From Salpingoeca rosetta (taxonomy: Eukaryota; Protista; Choanoflagellata), in contig JAWQFM010000022.1 in NCBI GenBank assembly GCA_033442325.1, positions 650,746 through 714,745 on the forward strand: a stretch of DNA of 64,000 nucleotides. Direction: 5' to 3'. Position numbers and translations under genes: made by a program. This document shows positions 1 through 10,354 of this stretch, piece after piece; positions within the stretch are counted from its first letter, which is position 1, and every line of letters begins with the position of its first letter. The notes under the pieces were generated by a model. The model saw only the letters and a program-made list of their open reading frames with translations, was not told where the DNA came from and did not search any database.

Positions 1-486
1 ATCGCTTGCTACTGCTCCAACAGCAACCTCATCTGTCGCCGCCTCCAGGGCATCCTGCAGCAGCTCGCATCAAAGGTGGGCCTGTGTGTGAATGAGTGTG
101 TGTGCGAATGAGTGAGTGTGTGTGAGTGAGTGAGTGTGCGAATGAGTGAGTGAGTGAGTGTGTGTGTGTGAGTGTGTGTGTATGAGTGTGTGTGTGTGTG
201 TGTGTGAGTGAGTGTGTATGAGTGTGTGTGTGTGTGTGTGTGTGAGTGAGTGAGTGAGTGAGTGTGTGGGCGTGTGAGCGTGTGGTTTTGCTGGCGATTG
301 CAATTCTTTTACCTTGTGCATGCGCTCACATGTACTCACCCCCCTCGCTGCACCATAGTTCCCGGCTGTGAAGTTCCTGCAGAGTGTGTCCACGCGCTGC
401 ATCCCAAACTATCCAGACAAGAACCTGCCCACCATCTTTGTCTACCATGAGGTCCGATCGCATCGTCCGTTTGTTCGTATACGCGC

Positions 487-533
<47 letters not shown>

Positions 534-1313
534 CGTGTGTTTGTGAGTAATGGGTACGCATGTGCATACGTACATGTTGCTTGTGTGCATGCCTGTGTGA
601 ACCTCTTTCATGTGGATGCGTGCTGCTCACTGTCCAATCGTCACCACCGCTGCGTTTCCATCTCCACGTGCAGGGTGATCTCAAGAAGCAGTACACGGGG
701 CCACACATCTTCGGCGGCCAGTCAATGACCGCAGACGGTGCGTGCACTGTTTACTGTGTGCATGCGTGTGCGTGCGTGTGCTTGTGTGTGCATGTGTGTG
801 TGCATGCGTGTGTGCTTGTGTGCTTGTGTGCTTGTGTGCTTGTGTGCTTGTGTGCTTGTGTGCTTGTGTGTGTATGTGGTATGAGTCGTAGCAGCAGCAT
901 GGCTCACTCTCCTGCAATGACATGTGCGCAGGTGTCGAGTGGGCACTGGCGCAGGTCGGCGCCGTCGAGTCCGACATTGAGGTGCGTTCACATGCACGTG
1001 CATATGTGCGCGCGTGAATGTGCGTCATTGTGAGTAAGGCTGTGAGTGTACGTGGTTGTGCGTATGTGTTTTTTTCTTTCCCATGGTGGTGGTCGGACCC
1101 GCCCCGCTTCGTAGTACTGTCGAATGTACTGATGAACACACCTCTCCTCGTGTTGTTTTTGGTTTGTTCCGTCTTGTTCTTGTGTGCACATTACAGGATC
1201 CCCGCGACACGCTCATGGCGCGGACGCTCAAGGACCTGCGTGTCACCCGGGTGCGTCAGGTGTTGCGTGTAGTGCTGTGTGTGAGGTGCTGTGCGATTGC
1301 GCGACATAACGCA

Positions 1314-1346
<33 letters not shown>

Positions 1347-1493
1347 CTGGTTGTCGCATCTCCCTTCAATGCAAACACACACACATGCACACAAAGTTAC
1401 CCAACTAACACCTCCACCTCTCAATTCACTTGCTTCACGCAGACGCGCGTTGCCGGTGACTCGGAGTCTGATGACGACAGCGACAGCGACTGA
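1..1493 (+). CDS. PDCL3: Phosducin-like protein 3 (PhLP2A/VIAF), 3' part; multi-exon, 5' end outside the window
   Basis: Spliced exons read [31 protein letters not shown] / [21 protein letters not shown] / [17 protein letters not shown] / ...[11 protein letters not shown]. This matches the phosducin thioredoxin-like domain (CIPNYPDxNLPT) and acidic tail; GT-AG introns. Confidence 0.9.
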
Positions 1494-1800
1494 ACCCATG
1501 AAGCCATCCCAAGTCTCTTTCTCTGACACACACACACACACGTACACGTACACACACACACACACACGTACACGCACACACACACACACTACATACACAC
1601 ACACACACACACACTACATACACACAAACAGACCACCTCCTAGCCAGCCCTGTTGGTGTGTACTGACTTGCTTTTGTCGTGCACTGCCTTGCTCTTTTGT
1701 TTCCGCTTTGCACTTGCGTTGACTTTTCTTTGTCGTGGTTGTTGTACTAGCTCAAGGCAACAGCATCGCTTTGCACGGCAGCACACAAATACACTTCTTA

Positions 1801-1912
<112 letters not shown>

Positions 1913-2071
1913 CACATCTCGAACTCAAGCCAACACAGAACGGTGCCACAGCATAGGCAATCTGGACGGAAAACACAAAAAGCAAACCACAAAAGAGGAG
2001 GCAAGGGGACAACGAATCGCAGTCAAATAACACTGGCAAGCACGTAAGGAAGGGCCTTCAGTAAATCTTGT

Positions 2072-2852
2072 TCACTCCACCGTGACATCTGCAAGCATCT
2101 GCTTCGCCGCCTTGTACTCCTCTGCCTCGCTCAAGTCCTTCTCAGACTCCTACAGAAGTGCGTGAACATATTTGTGTTTGTTGTCGTCGTGGCGGGTCAG
2201 AAGGAGAAACAAATTGAGCACATGTACACGTTTGTGTGTGTATGTGTGTATGTGTGTGTACGTGTGCATGTGTGTGCACGTGTGTACGTGTGCATGTGTG
2301 TGCACGTGTGCATGTGTGTGAGTGGTTCGTGTGCGCAGTACGGGCTTCACAGCAGCAGAGAAAAAGATGGCATGGAGACTGCGCGTACCAGCATGGCTGT
2401 GAGCTCGTCGTGCGCCTTCTTTAGGCGCTGCTCCGTGTCTGGCACCATCATCTTGCACTCCTCCAACACCTCATACTGACACAATGAGGGAGCCGCGCAC
2501 ATCACACACAAGCACAGTACAACAGGCATATCCGTGAGTTCTTGTTGTCAGGTCGAGTGTCATCACTGCAACCATGACCGTGATCACAGCTACCATCGTT
2601 ACCACCATGATGAATAACAACACCACTCACAACCACACCACGCAAACCACCATCACCACTCCCAACCACACCATGGAAACCACCATCGCACACCTGCTTC
2701 TTAATGTCGTATTCATCGCGGCCCTCGTCCTTGTACTTCTGGATGCGCTTTTCCTGCTGTGCAATCTCCTTCAGGTTCACCTCGCGTTCCTTCCCCAGGC
2801 GCTTCACCACGCCCGTCTTGATCTTGATCTGCCGCAGCCTTGGATCAGCCAT
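2072..2852 (-). CDS. TBCA: Tubulin-specific chaperone A (cofactor A), 3 exons
   Basis: MADPRLRQIKIKTGVVKRL...YDIKKQ / YEVLEECKMMVPDTEQRLKKAHDEL / ESEKDLSEAEEYKAAKQML is the characteristic TBCA sequence. Confidence 0.95.
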
Positions 2853-3414
2853 CTTCGGGTTGGTGTGGTTTGGTCGTGGTCGTGTGGTTGTTGTTGGTTG
2901 TTTGGTTGTTTGGTTGGTGTGGTTGTATTTTTGGCTTGGATTGGGAGAATACATGAATACCTTCATACAATTTTCCACCGACAGTTATCATACTTTTGTG
3001 CTGTCGGCGTTTGCTGTTTTGCGGGCCACCACTGTTGTCTGTCCGCAAACCAGCCAGTGTGTCCACAAACAGATCGTGTGTGTCCGCAGTGTCCGCAGTG
3101 TCCGCACACGCCGCTCATGTAAGTTAGCCTCCTTTGTGGTGTCTTGCGCACACACAAAAACACACACGCATGCACCGAGGCTGGTCATTTTTTTTTCAGC
3201 AACCAACAACCAAACAAGCCACGACGTCGATCGCACTGCTGCTCCTGTTTCGTTCCCGTTCTCATCCTGCGTCTCCCTCAGCACTTCAGCACTCACGCCA
3301 CCTTACACCAACTTCGCACCTCACCTCCACTTGGATCCCCCCCCCTTTCCCCAGACCCCAAGCCTCCCAGCCAGACCCAGCCTCACATCAGCGCAGATCC
3401 TCGGTCCTGCCATC

Positions 3415-3660
3415 TCCAAGCCTCTTTCCCCAAGTCTCCTTCTTCAAGTCTCTCTCCATCTCCAAGCCTCCGTCCCAACGTCTCCGTGCTCCCAACGTCT
3501 CCATCTCCACGACTCTACCCAAGTCTCCTTCTTCAAGTCTCTCCCCATCTCTCTCCAAGCCTCCGTCTCCTCTCCACACGGCTCTCATCAAGTCTCCCTC
3601 TTTGTCCTTCCAAGCCTTTCTCTCCAAGCCCCTCCGCTCAAGTCTCCATCTCCACGTCCA
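3415..3660 (+). repeat. Degenerate pyrimidine-rich CAAG(T/C)CTC repeat array upstream of the OTU gene
   Basis: About a dozen imperfect caagtctc/caagcctc/catctc units are visible. Confidence 0.6.
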
Positions 3661-3769
3661 CGTGCTCCCATCGTCTCCGTCTTGACGCCCCTGCCCACGT
3701 CTCTCTCCACCTCCTCCTCCACGGTTCACATTCCACCTCTCCCTCTCCACGGCCCTCTCTTCCAGCAAG

Positions 3770-4668
3770 ATGGACAGCAACAACACCAACATGGCGGCTG
3801 CCAGCATCCCTTCCGGCATCGAAGAGTTCCTCGTTGCACTGCAACATCAACAAGGGACCGGCTCAGTGCAGGAATCTGCGATGCACACCACCATGCGACA
3901 TCGCCTCCGCGACCTTGGACGTGAGGAGATCAAAACCAAAGCAGACGGCAACTGCCTGTTCCACGCCATTGCATTCGCCATCCCCAACATGGACGCTGCC
4001 GAAGTGCGTCGTCGAGTTGTCAAGTGGCTGCGGGACAACCGCGACTACTCAGCGGGCGAAGCCGGTGCCACCACGCTGGAATCTTTCGTTGCCTTTGACG
4101 ACCCCACCGGCCCGAGCAACTGGGACGAGTACTGCACCATGATGGAGCAGCCTGCCACGTGGGGCGACCACCTCACCCTCATCGCTGCCGCCAACGTTTT
4201 TGAACGGCCCATCAGCGTCGTCTCATCCCTCCCCGACGGCCACCAGTTTGTCATTCGCCCGCTGGATCCTGCCCCAAACCAGCCGTCCATCGTTGTTGGC
4301 CACTACGCCGAAACGCACTATGTGGCAACAGTGGTTGCCTCAGGCCGCTCGTGCAACTACGACGACGATGAAGACGACGACGACGACGACGACGATGATG
4401 ATGATGACGATGATGGCAGCGTTGCCGGCAGTTGCACTCAAACGCCAACTCAAACACCAACCCAGAAGAAGCGACGCAGCACAAGTGCATCTTCTACTTC
4501 TGCGTCCCAGCAGCCCAAGGGCCCTCTTAGCGGTCAGTGACACTGCTTGGAGCTCACCTCAAGCGTTTGCTCAGGATCCTAGCCCTCTTTTGCTTCTGCA
4601 GCACACCTCCCCATTCACATACATTCACACACTGAGGGCACCACACACACATCCACACATCCACACAT

Positions 4669-4738
<70 letters not shown>

Positions 4739-7700
4739 CACAGCACATCCACATTCAAAACAAAGCAGCACATACACACACACATACACACACACAAACG
4801 CAACACCCCTGATGCCTCACCACAACTCATGATCGATGTCAACACCATCACTGCGTCCTCTTCCCCACATTGTCTGCGTTGCCCTGCGTTTCTATCTGCG
4901 TTGGTGGTTCATTTCAGCCAAAGAGGTCATCTCCAGCGTGGAGGCTCACTTCAGCCGCGCCGAGGACATTGCTTCAGACCTCGAGAAGCAGATTCCGGAA
5001 ACGCCAGAGGACCTGGTACGGCCACTGCGCGACAGCAAGGACAAGTTCGACGACCTCATCTCCACTCCCATTCACATTGCGTTTGTTGGGCCAACCGGTG
5101 GCAGCAAGTCTCGCCGCGTGAACCAGGAGTGCTACCCCCAAGGCCATGGCCAGCTTCCATGGCACTCTGGTTTGGCACAGGAGCACCAGTCGCTTGGGGT
5201 ACAGCGTCTGCGGCGCGACGAGGCATTCAAGGTTCAGCTGGCCCGACTGCCGATCGCCGTCATCAGGCGCCAGCTTGAATCCCTGCAGAGGGCACAGCAG
5301 GAGCTTCTCGCCACACGCGCCGACGATGCCGCCATCATCACGCGAATCGAGCGCATCAAGACATGGATCACCACCATCAACGACACCAATGGGGCAGCCG
5401 TGCCAGAGACGCTTGATGTGCAGGATGCCCTCTTCCGGTTCGTGATCCCACCCGGTGGTGTGGACAAGGAACATTTTGTTGCGCGTCTCCTGGCAGAGCT
5501 CGGGCCGAAGGCCACGGAAGAGGAGCAAGTGTGCTTTGTCAACCGCCTCTCGCGCCTGTATGCACAGGATGCGCTGGACACCGCCATCGGCGCCATGTAC
5601 GCACTCGACGTGCAAGCGCCGTGGGTGGAGCTTCCGCCCAACGTCGTGGTGTGGGACACCCCTGGCTGGTCCAACGACTACCTCTTCAGCCCGCTGATTC
5701 GACACGCCATGGCCACAGCCCACGTCATTGCCCCGACGACGAGCAGCCGCGAGTTTGTGGAGATGAAGCGCCTGTTTGAAGAAGGCGCGGTGGCTGACCC
5801 GCACCACCATCCGGTCCTGTGGTTCTCCCTCCTGCCAAAAGGCAAAGACAACAGCAACAGCAACTACGGCGATGACTATGATGGCGGCAACAGCAGCGAC
5901 GGCGACAAGCAGCTCCAGCAACTGGTCCAGGACAAGAAAAAGGCGTACGCGGACAAGCTACGCGAGCTGTGCATGGATCCAGATGTCCTGCCAGAGGTGC
6001 GTGACCTTGGCCTGCGACCACAGCTGTTCGAGAACCTGATCTCGGGGATGCTGGTCTGGCCACGTGCGTGCCCTGCCACCACGGCCACTACTGATTGCAG
6101 TAGCGCGTGGAGTGACGAAGAGGCGGCTCCCGCAAACAACCTTTGCGATCCGGTCTTCTTTGATCAGCTGCAACACAACGTCGTCATGCCGCGCTTGGGA
6201 GCAATTCTCTTCTGCTCGTGCGTGTTCTTGAAGCGCGCCGCGTGCTGGGCCGATCCCGACAAGGAGATGGTCTCCATGTTGACCTCCACAACTCCAGAGG
6301 TGTGTATGGGTGTGGATGTTGCGTGTGTGTATGTGTGTGTGCGCGCGTGCCTGCGTGCGTGTGTATGTGTGTGTATGTGTGTGTATGTGTGTGTATGTGT
6401 GTGTATGTGTGTGTATGTGTGTGTGTGTGTAGGGTAGTCAGCGGCACAAAGCCACAGCCACAGTTTTCCATGCCATGTCTACACACACACACACACCCAC
6501 ACACCCACCCACACACGCGCGCGCGCACACACACACACACACCCACACACCCACACCCACACACACACACGCACGCACATTGTGACATACTCTGACCTTT
6601 CGTTCTTGCTGTGCTTGTGTCATGCTCGCGCAGGCATTGTGCAAGCCGATTGTTTCGGACTTCCGGCGCCTGCTGCGCGACAAACGCGAGAAGGCGTGGG
6701 ATGTTGTGACAGACGTTGTTAAAGACAGGCTGTTTGGCATCTTGCGCCACAACCTGAAGCAACGGTTCGCCCGGCAGCCACACATCAGCAAGGAGGACGT
6801 GCGGCAGTGGGCAGTGTCCGAGCAGACACGTGACGCAGTGGCACAAGTCATTCACAGCCTCTTTGATGGCACGCTGGAAGATGTAGCAGATGGGTGGTGC
6901 CAGCTGCTGCGAGCCTCTCTCAAGAAGAAGGTCGTTGGCAAGAAGGATAGCGATGAGATCAAGAAGCACAAGACGAAGCGCGCCAAGGAGTTTGCAAACA
7001 CGTTCTCCACGACACTGCAAGCAGAGAAGCAGCGGATTCAAGATGGCGTGCAGCAGAAGCTGTACTCGGTTCAGGAGCGGGTGGCCAAGGCCCTCAAGAA
7101 TGCGGCCAAGAACATGAAGGGCTCATTCACCGCAACAGCCGATGCCAGCGACGAGGCACTGGACGCGTTTGTGGAAGACAAGGTTGCCAAGATCATCAGG
7201 TCCGTGTTCGGGCGGCGTCAAGTGCGCACCGCAACCTTCTCGCAGCTGTGGAAGGAGGTGGTGGAGGAGCACATCAACGATCAGCTCCAGGAGCTGTTGC
7301 GAGAGGAGTTCCAGCTGGCCATGGACACGGCGCAGCGGCTGCAGGAAGAAGGGGTCACAGAGGCCCACCGCACGTTCAAGAAGCGCGTCAACGCGGCCAT
7401 TCGGGGCACGAACCAGCTCCTTGCCAAGCTGGCGCCAGAAGACGAGAAGGGCGTGGCAGACACCTGGCCATGCTTCAAGCGGGGCGCCGTTGACGGCCAG
7501 CGGCGCAAAACACTACCGCAAGCCGAGGACAAGGAGAAAGCGCAGAAGGACCAGCTTGGTGCGTGCGACGACCTTCGTGAGCTGCGTGTCGCGTTCATGG
7601 ACAGCCGCGATCACGCGCCCTGTATTCGCATCGACAACATCGGCGTGGCAGAGGAGGACTCCAGCAAGGACGTGAGCCTTGTTGATGCAACAGCGACGGC

Positions 7701-9675
7701 TGTTGTTGGTGCCACCGCATCAAACGAAGTCAAGCGCCGCGTGCGAGAGTTTACCAAGCTGTATCTTGATGCGCAGCACCGCGGCGTCTGCACGGATCCC
7801 GTCATCACGTGCTCCATCCCCTTCCACCGCCGCGACTGCAAGTCGTTGCTGAAGATGCTGAAGCGAGAACCCAAGCGCGATCACACGCACCACTTTCTCT
7901 GGGTGCTGGTGGTGATGGAGAGGGACGGCGAGGAAGCGATAAAGCTGTTTGGCGATGACCCTAGCGTGGTGGTGGTGGAGTTCATGGATTCCCTGTGGCC
8001 GCAGGGGCAGTTCACGGGCAGCGAGGTGCCCATTGGCAGCTGGGTGATTGACCTGATGAAGCTCATTGGCGAGTGGCTGCTCCGCAGGTTCAAGCTGCCG
8101 TACTTTGCGCGTGCGATGGCCTGCCTGAAGACGATCAAGGAGACCTGCAAGCTGGGCCGCACGCAGCCATGCACGCTTTCCCGCGCGCTGATTGCAATCC
8201 GCCACCTTCTCGAATCAGAGCAGGAACAGCAGACAATCGCCAAGCAGCAGCACATTGCGCGTAACATCAAAGACATTGCCAAAGGCATGAAGAAAGCGGG
8301 CACAATCTCTGCCGACGAGTATGTGGAGTTTCTGGAGTTTTTTTCCGATGTCCAGCCTGAAATGTATCGACAAGTGCAAGCGTCCTCCAAGTCTTCAGAC
8401 AAGGACAAGCCCACGTTTGGCTTCAAGTCCAGATCTGCAGAGGGGCTGATCATCTCTGCGCTACTGGATTCTTCCGAGACACCAGACGCTGTCAAGTCCC
8501 AGCTTCAAACGTGCGAGCAGCCGCGCGTGTGCAGCGTGGCCACGTCACCCCAGGCCACCATCCAGCACTCCTGGTACACGCTCTCCTCCGACACTGCACA
8601 CGACAACCTCAGCAAGAATCACCGCACCAACTACAAGGTCCGCGAATTCAGCAAGCTCGCCACCTCGTACAGGCAGCGGGTGCTCCTCCTCAACAACACT
8701 GCCTGCCAGCAAGGCGTGTACGCATCATCGCACATGGCCTTTATCTCCCCGCTTCTTGTGGACTCGGTGCAGTTCTTCGACTCTTACAAGAATGCCGAGG
8801 CGCGCCTCGCCAAGACGCTTCAGTACTATTTGGACGTGTGCAGTGTGGTGACGGACGAGTTTGGCTATCGCTACCGGTTCACACAGCCATCAACAGCAGC
8901 CGACCTGTCCATGGACACTGCCGAAGACGCTGTCATTGTCAGGGACAATGGCGACAATGATGATGATGGTGATGATGATGACCTGCTTGACCAGAAGTCT
9001 TCACCGTCCTCCGCGGTTTCCTCACCAACGCACACTACCCCAAAGGGTAGCTGCTCAGGTGTGTAGTGTTTGCGTGTGCACGTGCATTTGTGCGTGTAGT
9101 TATGTGCATGTGTGTGTATGCACGTGCATGTGTGTGGGTGTCGTGTTTTGCATTATGTACGTCACTGGTGGCACAGGCCTCGTTCGGGGTGTGTGTGCCT
9201 GTTGCTGCTCTTCTCATCCTCATCACCGTGGATGTCACTCAACTCACCCATCTTGTGTGTGGCGCTCATTTCAACAATTACTTGCTCGCTGCCGCAACAC
9301 AGACGCGACCCCGCGCACGTCCACGTCCAGCCAGCGGCGCCCATCGCGTGAAATGCACACAGCCGGTACGGTGCACCTCCCCACATCCCTTCTCGTGTCG
9401 TGTTATTTGGTGTGTGATTCACTGCAGCACGCGTTGTCGCGTTGGCTTAGGCCTTGCTGTCTTTGTCACACTGCCTCCTTTTCCCGCATTATCTCATCAC
9501 CACACGCCCTTTCATGCTCGCATCAACCCTGACAATACCAACCCATTGATCACGTTGTCGTTGCTTCACAGGCCGTGCAAACGGGGCGCCACGTAACCGC
9601 GCTGCCAGCCAACAAGACGAGACCGACAATGGGGAGCCCGCTTCCAAGAAGGCCAACACCAAGAAAATGGCCTGA
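3770..9675 (+). CDS. Multidomain protein (~1578 aa): OTU cysteine protease + dynamin-like P-loop GTPase + helical region + uncharacterised C-terminal domain
   Basis: Predicted exons 3770-4532, 4918-6299, 6634-9058, 9303-9365 and 9572-9675 all join in frame at GT-AG sites. OTU motifs ADGNCLFHA, WGDHLTL and HYAETHY. GTPase-like motifs IAFVGPTGGSKS and VVWDTPG. Confidence 0.75.
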
Positions 9676-10248
9676 CGTTCCACTGCCCGAAGGGCCCCTG
9701 CATGCGTGCTCGGGTTGGGTTGCATGTGTGTTTGGGTTTCGTTACATGTGTGTTTGGGTTGAGTTTCTTTTCTTTCTTTCCTCATCGCATTTTGTCTTCC
9801 CCATCCTCGCTTCGTGGCTTCCTCCACATCTGAACACTTGTTCAGTCAAGTGTGGTGTTCACGATTTAGTGTGGTTCCAGTCTTCTGTTCTCGCGTTATT
9901 TTTCTCGTCGTCCACGCCACGTCACGCCATTTCCTCTGTCCTGTCTGTGTGTGTGTGTGTGGGATGTCACTCTGTGTGGTTACATTACTGCTTTCATTCA
10001 AACTCGCCACTCGCCACCGTTGCGTTCACACCCAACCACTTGCTCCATGTTCTGTTGCATTCAAGTTGACGCCAGTTGGGTAACGAGCAGCAGAAACGTC
10101 CTGTCATGAAACGTACTGTCATGGAATGTAACGAGACACAAGCAAGCAACGCAGCGGTAACACATGTTGGAAAAGACGTTGCTTGACATGAACGCGTTGC
10201 ACCACCATCGCGCACGTGCCACGAAAGCCACAAACATACACAAGCAAA

Positions 10249-10348
10249 NNNNNNNNNNNNNNNNNNNNNNNNNNNNNNNNNNNNNNNNNNNNNNNNNNNN
10301 NNNNNNNNNNNNNNNNNNNNNNNNNNNNNNNNNNNNNNNNNNNNNNNN
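10249..10348. other. Assembly gap (other gaps: 14531-14935, 26498-26825, 32851-32950, 36634-36772, 47670-47769)
   Basis: Runs of N, mostly flanked by microsatellites. Confidence 1.
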
Positions 10349-10354
10349 CGTAGG

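Noticed and set aside
3415-3660. Repeat array considered as CRISPR-like
   Set aside because: Units are short and degenerate with no regular unique spacers; eukaryotic context with no cas genes.
2704-4142. 406-aa and 332-aa Ser/Pro/Leu-rich ORFs
   Set aside because: They run antisense to TBCA and through a pyrimidine-rich repeat, out of frame with the OTU; no domain signal.
3770-10250. Helitron carrying an OTU domain
   Set aside because: No Rep (HUH) or PIF1 helicase motifs and no evident 3' hairpin-CTRR end.
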